Below are positions 28,541-36,851 of a DNA stretch of 53,407 nucleotides, piece by piece. The notes beneath the pieces were generated by a model. That model was not told the origin of the DNA, made no database searches, and saw nothing but the letters and a program-made list of their open reading frames with translations. How positions within the stretch are numbered: the first letter of the stretch is position 1; each line of letters begins with the position of its first letter. The DNA is from a virus (taxonomy: Duplodnaviria; Caudoviricetes): the IMG/VR virus record IMGVR_UViG_3300036859_000475, positions 1 through 53,407 of that record; one strand, given 5' to 3'. Made by a program: the position numbers and the translations under genes.

Positions 28541-31060
28541 ATGCCCAGATTCGACTATGCGACTCCCCTGCTCGGTGCGCCGGGGCCCGGCTACGCCGGC
28601 GACGTGAACGAGGGGCTGGACGAGATCCGCACCAAGGTGGTCGGATTCCTGCAAGGCACGGCGGCTTCACGCCCGGCACCCTCGGCCGACAACCAGGGTT
28701 ACCTGTACTTCGCCACCGACTCCGGCGAGCTGTCCTACAGCACCGGCACGGCATGGACGGCCAACCTGATCGGCGGAGGCGTCGGCGGCACCGCCCCCTT
28801 CTTCTATCCCACCACCTACGACCCGGCCTGCGGCCCGGCCGCGACGGGCGCAGTGAATCTGGCGGCCATCCAGGCCGCCTGCGACGCCGCGGCGACGGCA
28901 GGCGGCGGGCTGGTCGTCCCGCCCGCCGGCGTGCTCACGGTCAATCCGTCGATCACGCTGGACCACTTCGTCTGGCTGCTGCTGTCGGGCACGACCCTCA
29001 AGCACGGCAACCCCACGGTCGGGCCCCCGCCCTCGCCGATCATCCTGGGCAAGCTCCGCATCACGACCGGCACCATCGCGGCGGGGTCCAAGACCCTCAC
29101 GGTGGCCTCGGCTACGGGGCTCAAGAAGGGCTGCGCCGTCCAGGTGAGGGGGGCCGGCGGCCCCTCGGAGAACACCATCACCGCCCTCACGCTCGCCCTC
29201 GGGGCGGCCGACACGGAGGCGGTCGTCGACAACGCCGTGCCCTGGGGCACGGACAGCTCCCGCATCATCCGCTGCGAGAACGAGCTCATGACCTACACGG
29301 GCCACAGCATCGGGACGCCTACCACGCTGAACAACCTCGTGCGCGGTGCCTTCGGATCGACGGCGGCCTCCCACCCCGCCGGGGCCACGGTGCGGGCGGC
29401 GCTCCCGCTTTACTCGCGCATCGCCGACATATCGGGGACGACCCTCACGCTGGAGGACGCCGCCGTGTACGGGGTCACCAACGTCTCGGGGCCGGGAGTC
29501 AGCGTCGGGGCGCTCGAGGCCGGCGTGATCGGGGGGCGCCTGGACGGCGCCCGACCGAGCCTGGCCGGCAACCAGGTGCAGGGAATGCGTTTCGACGCCG
29601 CGGCCAACTGCAAGTTCCTGGGCATGGACGACGTGGGATGCGGGCTCAACGGGATCGCCTTCGGGCGCGGCTGCGTCGGGTGCGAGGTCATTGGCGGGGA
29701 GTCCCGCGACACGGGCGCGCCGGACGCCGGGATCGGGTTCTCCATCGTCATCTTCTCCGGCTCCCACGGCAACACCTGCTACGGGCGCAAGTTCACCGGC
29801 CAGTCCATCGCCCCCATCGCCGTGGACGACCGATCGGTGAGCCACACGGACAACGACGCCGCCGTGTTCGGCAACGTGGTCGAGGCCTGCGATATCGACA
29901 CCGACGAGCAGGACGCGACGCGCTGGGCGATCCTGATCTCCGGCGCCAAGGGAAACATCTTCCGCGCCAACAAGATCCGCCGTTCGCAGCTGCCCATCTA
30001 CGTCGTGGCCACGCAGGGCAACGTCCCCGTCCCCGTGACCGACAACCTCATCGAGGGCAACGTTCTGGAGGACTGCGCCGACGTGATCGTGCTTGCCGGC
30101 GGCATCACCCAACAGGACGGCGAGTGCTCCGGCAACGTCGTGCTGAACAACATCGGCATCGGCACGACGCCGCGCTCCCTGGTCGCCGAGCGCCACGGCG
30201 CGCACGACAACAAGATCGCGGGCAACGAGCGCAGCGGCATCTACGACCTGCTGTCGGGGGGTCGCCTGCAGGTGCTCATACCCTCCGAGGTCCCGGCGGG
30301 GGCCCTGGTCCACGACGGCCGGGTACTGCTGGAGGCCAACGGGGTGAGGGCGAGGCCGATCACGTCCGGGGCCACCGACGTCGACGGCCTCGTGGCGACG
30401 ACTTCCAGCGCCGGCTTCGCGGCCAACGCCCTGGCGCTAGTGCTCGCCCTCGCCCACCGCCCCATCACGGGCGATCCCAGCATTCCCCTGGTCTCCGGCG
30501 GGGGCATGAGCGGTTGGAATCACCACGCCAGCGTGCTGTTCGGCATCGCGGGCCAGCGCCACCGCCTCTCGGTTCACCGCGCCCTGCAGGCCTCGCCGGG
30601 GATCGCCGCGCCCATAACGATCACCTATCCCGAGATCGAGGACGCCGTTGCCTGGTCGGTGCTGCAAGCCCTGGGAGTAAACACGTCCGGCACCAACGGT
30701 GCGGGGGCCATAGCGCAGGCGCCTACGGCCACGGGGACCGCAGACCTGCTGAACGTGCCCATGGCGGCCTTCGCCTCCGGGGCGAACGCGTGCTTAGCGG
30801 CGTTTGGGCACGTGAGCTCTGAGGTCTTGGCCCCGGACGTGGACTTCGAGGTACTCGCGTCCGAGCCGACGGTGCAATTGCGCCTGATGGACGAATGGCT
30901 GCGCGGCCCGGACACGAATCCGACGGCCACGCGCGTGCCCGTCACGCTCCCGAACTGGGGAGCGCTGGCCCTCGAGCTCGTTGCCGCGACCCCGACCGTG
31001 GAAAACCTCGTGTACTACCAGCACGGGCAGCGCTTCCGGGTGATCGGGACGGCATTCTGA
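28541..31060 (+). CDS. Tail spike/receptor-binding protein with beta-helix
   Basis: AAIQAA.DAA...GGG.V.PPAG entry motif; Asn-rich rungs (GNIFRAN, DNLIEGN, DNKIAGN). Confidence 0.8.
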   Translation: MPRFDYATPLLGAPGPGYAGDVNEGLDEIRTKVVGFLQGTAASRPAPSADNQGYLYFATDSGELSYSTGTAWTANLIGGGVGGTAPFFYPTTYDPACGPAATGAVNLAAIQAACDAAATAGGGLVVPPAGVLTVNPSITLDHFVWLLLSGTTLKHGNPTVGPPPSPIILGKLRITTGTIAAGSKTLTVASATGLKKGCAVQVRGAGGPSENTITALTLALGAADTEAVVDNAVPWGTDSSRIIRCENELMTYTGHSIGTPTTLNNLVRGAFGSTAASHPAGATVRAALPLYSRIADISGTTLTLEDAAVYGVTNVSGPGVSVGALEAGVIGGRLDGARPSLAGNQVQGMRFDAAANCKFLGMDDVGCGLNGIAFGRGCVGCEVIGGESRDTGAPDAGIGFSIVIFSGSHGNTCYGRKFTGQSIAPIAVDDRSVSHTDNDAAVFGNVVEACDIDTDEQDATRWAILISGAKGNIFRANKIRRSQLPIYVVATQGNVPVPVTDNLIEGNVLEDCADVIVLAGGITQQDGECSGNVVLNNIGIGTTPRSLVAERHGAHDNKIAGNERSGIYDLLSGGRLQVLIPSEVPAGALVHDGRVLLEANGVRARPITSGATDVDGLVATTSSAGFAANALALVLALAHRPITGDPSIPLVSGGGMSGWNHHASVLFGIAGQRHRLSVHRALQASPGIAAPITITYPEIEDAVAWSVLQALGVNTSGTNGAGAIAQAPTATGTADLLNVPMAAFASGANACLAAFGHVSSEVLAPDVDFEVLASEPTVQLRLMDEWLRGPDTNPTATRVPVTLPNWGALALELVAATPTVENLVYYQHGQRFRVIGTAF

Positions 31061-31797
31061 TGACGCCGGACACGCTACTGGCGAGCTACTTCCTGCAGGC
31101 GCGCTACACGGGCGGTGCGCAGTCGAAGATCTCCCGCATCGTCATACACGATGAGGAGTATCGGGAGGGACCGGACTCCGCCGAGCGCATCGCCCAGTAC
31201 TTCCACACCATGCCCGATGGTCGAAAAGCCAGCGCGCACTTCACGTGCGACTCGAACTCGATAATTCAATGTGTGAAGGAGAGCGTCGTCGCCTACCACG
31301 CGCCGCCGAACGCTGACTCCATCGGGATAGAGCACGACGGCTACATGCACCAGACGCGGGAGGAGTGGCTGGACGCGGCGCACGGCGTCCCCATGCTCAA
31401 GCTCTCGGCGAAGCTGACGGCCGAGCTGTGCAAGCGGCACGGGATTCCGATCCGCAAACTTTCGTGGGCTGATCTGCGGACGGGCAAGAAGGGCATCTGC
31501 GGCCACGTCGACGTGAGCAACGCATTTCATAAGACGGACCACGGCGATCCCGGCGCGGGCTTCCCGTGGGATTGGTACCTCGAATGGGTGAGGCTGGCAG
31601 GAAAGGAGGTCTTCGACGTGTTTTTCATTCCACCGGGCACGAACAAGCTCTACGCCGTCGTGGGCAGCGTGAAGCGGCGGCTGGCTCCGGGCAAGGCGGG
31701 AACGGCGCAGCGCAAAGCATTGGAAGGTGCGGGTGTAAAGATCATCACCGGCGAGCAGGCCGCAAGGCTGGACGAAGCGTTTCCGGAGGGGACGTGA
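31060..31797 (+). CDS. Endolysin, Amidase_2 family
   Basis: IVIH, ASAHF, AYHA, SIGIE, GH.D...HGDPG..FPW. Confidence 0.92.
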   Translation: MTPDTLLASYFLQARYTGGAQSKISRIVIHDEEYREGPDSAERIAQYFHTMPDGRKASAHFTCDSNSIIQCVKESVVAYHAPPNADSIGIEHDGYMHQTREEWLDAAHGVPMLKLSAKLTAELCKRHGIPIRKLSWADLRTGKKGICGHVDVSNAFHKTDHGDPGAGFPWDWYLEWVRLAGKEVFDVFFIPPGTNKLYAVVGSVKRRLAPGKAGTAQRKALEGAGVKIITGEQAARLDEAFPEGT

Positions 31798-31800
31798 GCT

Positions 31801-32154
31801 GTGAGAGATGCCAATGACCGCGAGTTTGCTGATCGCAGAGGTGATCTCGATGTCGAATCAATCGGTCCCTTCGAGCGGTTCCCTCTCGTTGTGAACGGCT
31901 GGACGGTGCCCCATCTCGAAGCTCAGAACAAACGCGATGGTGGCGTGTACGTCTCACTCGATAACCGGTTCGGCCTGGACTTGCCCGACGAGTTGGCAGG
32001 GCCGGTCCTCTCCTTCATGGCCAATGTCGTGGCAGTCGCAATGGGTTATCCGTGTCATCCGAGACGCGGCGAAGAACCGCCGCAATCCTCTCCACCATGG
32101 CACCGGCTCAGTCCGTTGCCGATGCTTGATCCCCGAGGAGCGGGGGACGCATGA
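31801..32154 (+). CDS. Hypothetical protein (insert)
   Basis: VVNGWTVP, LDNRF, AVAMGYPCH; lower GC. Confidence 0.6.
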   Translation: MRDANDREFADRRGDLDVESIGPFERFPLVVNGWTVPHLEAQNKRDGGVYVSLDNRFGLDLPDELAGPVLSFMANVVAVAMGYPCHPRRGEEPPQSSPPWHRLSPLPMLDPRGAGDA

Positions 32155-32339
32155 GAATGTTCGCTGAAGCCGAACGTCTGCGATATCGGGAAACACTAGA
32201 AGCCATCCTCGACGAACTGACTCGACCTACCAAGAAAGCTGTGGCCAAGGTTGTGCGTATGGCGCGGTTGGCCCTAGTGGACGTACCAGCGGACCACTCA
32301 TCCGGTGACCTGGACAAGGTGTTTCCAGAAGGCACGTAA
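32151..32339 (+). CDS. Hypothetical protein (insert) ending like the endolysin
   Basis: ATGA overlap; ends LDKVFPEGT. Confidence 0.55.
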   Translation: MRMFAEAERLRYRETLEAILDELTRPTKKAVAKVVRMARLALVDVPADHSSGDLDKVFPEGT

Positions 32340-32348
32340 CGCGACTTC

Positions 32349-32594
32349 ATGCCTACACGCACCGTCACCAACACCGAACTGGGGCACCGTTTGGACACCG
32401 TAGAGAAGGCCGTGGAGCGGTTGCACCACAAATGGGATGACTTTGTGGCCAAGTCCCTAGAGGAACAGGTGAAGCAGTTGCGTAGCGATATCAACGATCT
32501 CAAACGGTTCAGAACATGGCTATTGCAGACGGTGTTCGTCGTCGTGTTCCTCGGCGGGTTGGCATCGGTCATCGGCTGGGCGGTGTCGAGGTGA
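32349..32594 (+). CDS. Holin-like membrane protein
   Basis: Coiled coil plus C-terminal hydrophobic segment; near the endolysin. Confidence 0.6.
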   Translation: MPTRTVTNTELGHRLDTVEKAVERLHHKWDDFVAKSLEEQVKQLRSDINDLKRFRTWLLQTVFVVVFLGGLASVIGWAVSR

Positions 32595-32842
32595 CTGAGA
32601 CGAAGACCTGTGCGTGGTGCGATGGAACCGGCGAGAAGCTAGGCGTCTGCGGCTGGTGTGACGGAACAGGTATCCAGAAGCCGAGTTGGTCTGGCGGCGG
32701 CGGTCCTGGTGAACATCGGACTTGCGGCCCTATTCGGGCTTGGTGCTACGAGTGCCGGGAATGGTGTTACGCCAGAGATGACGACCCAGTGTGGCGATGT
32801 GCGTGCTGTCCGCTGACAGCCGATCCGGTGACGACGCATTGA
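32591..32842 (+). CDS. Cys-rich Zn-finger protein (insert)
   Basis: CxxCDGTG twice. Confidence 0.6.
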   Translation: MTETKTCAWCDGTGEKLGVCGWCDGTGIQKPSWSGGGGPGEHRTCGPIRAWCYECREWCYARDDDPVWRCACCPLTADPVTTH

Positions 32843-33390
32843 GAGCGCTGCGCTCACGTCTGCGCGGCCAAGTCCGCCTAGGGCGAGCGGTCATCGTCGT
32901 GCTGGCCGCTGCCGCCGTGGCCCTGGGCTGGTTGGTGGGCTCGCAGACCTCTCGCGTCGGTCAGGTCGAGAACCAGGCCGAGCAGGGACGGCAGATGATC
33001 CGCGAGAACCGCGAGCGCATCGGAGGGCTGACGCGTGAACTCGGTCGAGCTGCCTCGATCGGCGAGCTGAGTCAGCTCATCACCGTCATCGAGCGCCTGA
33101 CCGGCGCGCAGGACGCAGGCAACCGGGAGGAGTTCGTTCCGTCCGGCGAGGCTGAGCCCAGTCCCTCGCCTGCGCGAACGGCGTTCCCTCGGCCCCGGCC
33201 CTCCCCGCCGCTGAACCCGCTTCCCGAGCCCACGCCATCCCCCGGCACCCTCAAGCCGATCCTGTGCGCGATGTTCCCGGACACGATGGCGCTGATCGGA
33301 GTGAACTGCCGCAGCGACACGTTCATCGTGTGTGACTTGGCGGGGCTCTCGTGCCCGGCTCCGCCCAGGCCTCCGTCCCCGCCGCGATGA
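32791..33390 (+). CDS. Membrane-anchored coiled-coil, Pro-rich lysis-associated protein
   Basis: Hydrophobic segment, coiled coil, Pro-rich tail; start uncertain. Confidence 0.6.
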   Translation: MAMCVLSADSRSGDDALRALRSRLRGQVRLGRAVIVVLAAAAVALGWLVGSQTSRVGQVENQAEQGRQMIRENRERIGGLTRELGRAASIGELSQLITVIERLTGAQDAGNREEFVPSGEAEPSPSPARTAFPRPRPSPPLNPLPEPTPSPGTLKPILCAMFPDTMALIGVNCRSDTFIVCDLAGLSCPAPPRPPSPPR

Positions 33391-33404
33391 ATTGAGGCAC
33401 CCCG

Positions 33405-33443
33405 GTCCTCCGCCGTCAGGTAACGGGCGGACGGACTCCCTTT
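33405..33443 (+). terminator. Hairpin at the end of the lysis block
   Basis: GTCCTCCGCCGT / ACGGGCGGACGGAC imperfect stem. Confidence 0.45.
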
Positions 33444-33448
33444 ACGGG

Positions 33449-33478
33449 TGTACCTACGCTATGTAAGATGTACCTACG
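33449..33478 (+). promoter_or_regulatory. Direct-repeat operator around a leaderless -10 box
   Basis: TGTACCTACG at 33449 and 33469; TAAGAT at 33464. Confidence 0.65.
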
Positions 33479-33639
33479 TGCCTAACTCACCGAAGACGCC
33501 CAGCCGCAATGTTCGCGTCCCTGATGACGTGTGGGATGCGGCCAAGACGAAGGCAGCCAACCGTGGCGAGAGTGTCACGGACGTCATCCTTCGCGCTCTT
33601 CGGAGGTACGTGAAGGAAGAGAGAGAGGATCAATCGTGA
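33478..33639 (+). CDS. Ribbon-helix-helix DNA-binding protein
   Basis: TPSRNVRVPDDVW...GESVTDVILRALRRYV. Confidence 0.85.
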   Translation: MPNSPKTPSRNVRVPDDVWDAAKTKAANRGESVTDVILRALRRYVKEEREDQS

Positions 33640-33799
33640 ACGGCATGGGCGGCTGTAGCTCAATCATCGCGATAGAGCGCCGACTTCCCCGGCCCGCTGG
33701 CAGGGCACAAGCAGGGGTTCTAGGTGGTCGGAGATGGGGTAGCCAGCTAATCCCCCAGCCGCCCATGTCCGTTGTGTCGCAGTCAGAGGACGTTTCCTG

Positions 33800-34054
33800 A
33801 TGGCCAGTCAGAAAACCGAGCGAGACCGTCTCTTGGACGTTGGATTCAAGGTACTCGATGACTTCAACGACGCGAACTGTCCTCACTGTGGCAGCGACGA
33901 TTGCTACCTCAATGACCCCACGACCAACGGATTTATCTGCGAGAACACCAACAAGCACATCCCGGCGGATGACGACTACCGGGCAATGGCTGCTCTACTG
34001 CTTGATGCCTGGCTCCCCATGCTCGGCGTCACATTACCAACGGACGCGAAATGA
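33800..34054 (+). CDS. Zn-ribbon hypothetical protein
   Basis: RBS AGAGG; CPHCGS. Confidence 0.6.
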   Translation: MASQKTERDRLLDVGFKVLDDFNDANCPHCGSDDCYLNDPTTNGFICENTNKHIPADDDYRAMAALLLDAWLPMLGVTLPTDAK

Positions 34055-34440
34055 CCCCTGTGCACATCTGCCCTGTCTGCTATCAAGAACCGGCTGTAGG
34101 CCACCATCCGCTATTCCATCGGATAGAAGAACGACTATCCGCTCTTGAACGGGAACTTGTTGCCCCAGAGTCGAAAGACCGGGTGCGCTGCAAGCTCTGT
34201 GGGTGGATCGGCTGGGCACATGCCGACGACCAATGCGAACGCTGCGACGTGGCCGGGGAGTTTGAGGCAGCGATGGATTCGTCTGTTGCCAAGGGACCAC
34301 CGAAAGCGCCAGATATGGTTGGCGGCTTCGAGGACACTCGGTCGGCGGGTACGGGCTCCGGTGATGGCGCCCCCGGAACGTCGAGAACCCCGCAGGGTCC
34401 CTTGTCAACGGACTCCGCGTCAACGGACGCGGAGGGATGA
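34051..34440 (+). CDS. Cys-rich hypothetical protein
   Basis: ATGA overlaps; three CxxC pairs. Confidence 0.55.
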   Translation: MTPVHICPVCYQEPAVGHHPLFHRIEERLSALERELVAPESKDRVRCKLCGWIGWAHADDQCERCDVAGEFEAAMDSSVAKGPPKAPDMVGGFEDTRSAGTGSGDGAPGTSRTPQGPLSTDSASTDAEG

Positions 34441-35390
34441 AGGTTGGCTCCCTCTTTTCGGGAATCGGAGGGCTCGACCTTGGGCTTGAGCGGGCCGGCA
34501 TGGAGATCGTCTGGCAGTGCGAGAGCGACCCCTATTGCCGCGCCGTCCTCCGAAAGCACTGGCCCCACATCGAACTCTTTGGCGACGTGCGGACCCTCTA
34601 CGCTCCCCGAAGGGTTGATCTCATCTGCGGCGGTTTCCCCTGCCAGCCAGTCAGCCAAGCTGGACGTCGACGAGCCCAGGCTGACGATCGTTGGCTCTGG
34701 CCCGAGATGGCCCGTGTTCTTCGGGACCTACGACCCCGCTATGTCCTTGTGGAAAATGTCCCAGGGCTCCTTGCTCGAGGAATGGGAGACGTCCTCGGAG
34801 ACCTGGCCTCCCTCGGGTTCGATGCAGAGTGGGAGAGCCTTCCGGTTGCCGCGTTTGGTGCCCCGCACTTACGAGACCGGGTGTTCATCTTCGGCTATCG
34901 GCCGCCCGAGACTGTTGGACGGCCCGGAAAGCAACGGCGGGTTTTGGCCGACACCGAGAGCGGTGGACAACGGCCAGATCAAGACAACCCGGACAGATCC
35001 TCGGAACAAAACCTCGAGTCCGTCTCTCAGCGAGGCAGCGCAGATGTGGCCTACTCCCAAGGCGAGCGCAGCGAACTACGGCCGACCGCGGGAGAGCGAC
35101 TGGGGGGATCTCCAAGCGGCCGTGTTGTGGCGCACACCCCAAGCGCGGGACGGGGACCAGAGGGGGCCGAGCTCGCCCGAGCGCAGAAAGGAGCAGGGAC
35201 ATTCGGTGTCCCTGCACGATCAGGTTGGTGGGCAACTGAACCCGACGTGGGTCGAGTGGCTCATGGGATTCCCTCTCGGGTGGACCGTCTTAGAGCCCTC
35301 GGAAACGCCGTCGTCCCGCAAGTCGCGGAATGGATAGGAAGACGAATCATGGCAGCGGACGAACGCTCATCGGAGCGGGAGGGGCGATGA
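34437..35390 (+). CDS. C5-cytosine DNA methyltransferase, main polypeptide
   Basis: Motifs I FSGIGG, IV GFPCQP, VI ENVPG, VIII RDRVFI, X RALGNAV. Confidence 0.93.
   Translation: MKVGSLFSGIGGLDLGLERAGMEIVWQCESDPYCRAVLRKHWPHIELFGDVRTLYAPRRVDLICGGFPCQPVSQAGRRRAQADDRWLWPEMARVLRDLRPRYVLVENVPGLLARGMGDVLGDLASLGFDAEWESLPVAAFGAPHLRDRVFIFGYRPPETVGRPGKQRRVLADTESGGQRPDQDNPDRSSEQNLESVSQRGSADVAYSQGERSELRPTAGERLGGSPSGRVVAHTPSAGRGPEGAELARAQKGAGTFGVPARSGWWATEPDVGRVAHGIPSRVDRLRALGNAVVPQVAEWIGRRIMAADERSSEREGR
34741..35337 (+). CDS. Overlapping +1-frame methyltransferase partner polypeptide (motif IX)
   Basis: WPTP repeats and LNPTWVEWLMGFPLGWT; start uncertain (frame open from 34444). Confidence 0.7.
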   Translation: MSLWKMSQGSLLEEWETSSETWPPSGSMQSGRAFRLPRLVPRTYETGCSSSAIGRPRLLDGPESNGGFWPTPRAVDNGQIKTTRTDPRNKTSSPSLSEAAQMWPTPKASAANYGRPRESDWGDLQAAVLWRTPQARDGDQRGPSSPERRKEQGHSVSLHDQVGGQLNPTWVEWLMGFPLGWTVLEPSETPSSRKSRNG

Positions 35391-35668
35391 GGAGCCCATT
35401 GGCGGACATCGGAAGTCCGGCCACGGTGTTCAGCCTGGACCGTCCCGGCACCCAAGGTTGCCTACGCGAACCCGTCGAGGGCGGCTATTGCGCGCTGCTC
35501 TGGGAATGCGACCACGCTCACCGGACAGACGACGCGGCGCTGGACTGTGCGCGGAAGGAGTTCGACCGCCGGCGCACCGAGATCATCGCAAACGCTCCGC
35601 CCGATTCCTGGTGGCTGGCAGGCAACAATTCAGCGGATGAACGGTCATGGGACGAGGGAGGGGCATGA
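35387..35668 (+). CDS. Hypothetical protein
   Basis: WECDHAH...A..CA; ATGA overlap. Confidence 0.6.
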   Translation: MRSPLADIGSPATVFSLDRPGTQGCLREPVEGGYCALLWECDHAHRTDDAALDCARKEFDRRRTEIIANAPPDSWWLAGNNSADERSWDEGGA

Positions 35669-35949
35669 ACCCGTATTCGGCAGTACGGCGAGGAGCTCGA
35701 TTCTTAGACCGGGAACTGCCCCGGTGGGCCGAGATCATCGACCCCAGCCTGCTCATGATGAACGACTGCTATCGGTGTGTCCTTGGGCAACTCTTCCGAA
35801 ACTTCGACGCAGGACTGTGTAATCAATCGGTCCATCCCGCAGAGCGCGTTGTGTGGCTCCGAGACTGGCACAGCAGCCTGACCGTCCATGAGCGGTGCTA
35901 CGACGTGTATCAGGCCGTTGCGGTAGTTTCTCACGAGACCGATGGCTGA
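35665..35949 (+). CDS. Hypothetical protein
   Basis: GARFLD...PRW...CVLGQL. Confidence 0.6.
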   Translation: MNPYSAVRRGARFLDRELPRWAEIIDPSLLMMNDCYRCVLGQLFRNFDAGLCNQSVHPAERVVWLRDWHSSLTVHERCYDVYQAVAVVSHETDG

Positions 35950-36202
35950 CCAGTTCGTTCATCTGACAAACGTGGAGGGCAAACGCCTTGCTCTGGTGGC
36001 TGCGTGCATCGATTTCGTACTTGAGGGACATGAGGAGGAGAAGAACGGCGAGAAGCGAAGGGGCACGCTCGTCGGGACGCACGGGCAGTTTCACCTGGTC
36101 CGAGAGTCCTTCGCTGAGGTCGTCTCGTTCGCCAACGAGAAGGCCCAGATGATCCGAACGCTAGCGGCTGACACGATCGTGGAAGGGCTCAAGGATGACT
36201 GA
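35942..36202 (+). CDS. Hypothetical protein
   Basis: FVHLT...VRESFAEV. Confidence 0.6.
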   Translation: MADQFVHLTNVEGKRLALVAACIDFVLEGHEEEKNGEKRRGTLVGTHGQFHLVRESFAEVVSFANEKAQMIRTLAADTIVEGLKDD

Positions 36203-36222
36203 TTCAACGGACTTCAGGTCCT

Positions 36223-36504
36223 ATGACTGAACGCACGTACTCCAGCCCACTGCTCGTTGGCCCGCTCTGGTGGCGGCTCTGGTGGCGGGTGCGGAATCCA
36301 TGCTGGTGCAAGTGCCAGGGGGTCGTTCCGAAGTTCGATTGCCCACGGCACCGAACGGAGACGCGAGGGTTCTGCGCCAAGTGCAAGCGGTACGACCTTG
36401 TATTCCTCGACGGGGAGACGTTCTGCGCTGGATGCGGAGCCGGATCGCTCGTCCCATCGTATGACTCACAAAGAGCGATGAGCCCAGGAGAAGCTGATGG
36501 CTGA
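36223..36504 (+). CDS. Cys-rich hypothetical protein
   Basis: Several CxxC pairs; ends PGEADG. Confidence 0.5.
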   Translation: MTERTYSSPLLVGPLWWRLWWRVRNPCWCKCQGVVPKFDCPRHRTETRGFCAKCKRYDLVFLDGETFCAGCGAGSLVPSYDSQRAMSPGEADG

Positions 36505-36670
36505 GCGACCCGTCATCGCGCGATGCGAGAGGTGCGGCATGTACTGGTTCTCCCGCGTTCGGGCTCGTTGCGATGCCCATGCCCATCGGATGTACTGCGG
36601 GGGATACGTCCGGTGGAAGCGGGGGTTGGTCCAAACGTCCGGCTCTGTCCCAGGAGAAGCCGATGGCTGA
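36497..36670 (+). CDS. Small hypothetical protein (57 aa, MAER...PGEADG)
   Basis: Translated by hand; RBS AGGAG; flanked by 25-bp direct repeats. Confidence 0.5.
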   Translation: MAERPVIARCERCGMYWFSRVRARCDAHAHRMYCGGYVRWKRGLVQTSGSVPGEADG

Positions 36671-36818
36671 GCGGTGCAAGTGCGTAATCAGACGATGCGG
36701 CTGCGGCATGAAGACGTGCCTGTACGTGTCGGTCCTCTGGCGTGACCCGAACTGCCGCAACTTCGGCCACAATCCGGGCCTGTTGTTGAAGGAAGACCGT
36801 CGGGCTGATGTCCGCTGA
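36663..36818 (+). CDS. Small Cys-rich hypothetical protein
   Basis: RBS AGGAG; starts MAER. Confidence 0.45.
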   Translation: MAERCKCVIRRCGCGMKTCLYVSVLWRDPNCRNFGHNPGLLLKEDRRADVR

Positions 36819-36851
36819 GGCCGCTGAGATTCAACTAGGAGCCGACAGCGC

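Noticed and set aside
23700-30822. Long antisense or off-frame ORFs (e.g. 23700-25994 minus, 26652-28067 minus, 28667-30313 minus, 28753-30822 plus)
   Set aside because: Shadow ORFs expected from high GC3 codon bias; Arg/Gly/Ala-rich, without motifs, and overlapping clear tail genes.
33636-33800. Short ORF after the RHH gene
   Set aside because: It overlaps both neighbours but the translation is not protein-like; left uncalled as a possible remnant.
34380-34428. Minus-strand TTGACA/TTGACG as antisense promoters
   Set aside because: No acceptable -10 box at 17-nt spacing for the TTGACA copy; better explained as part of the junction motif.
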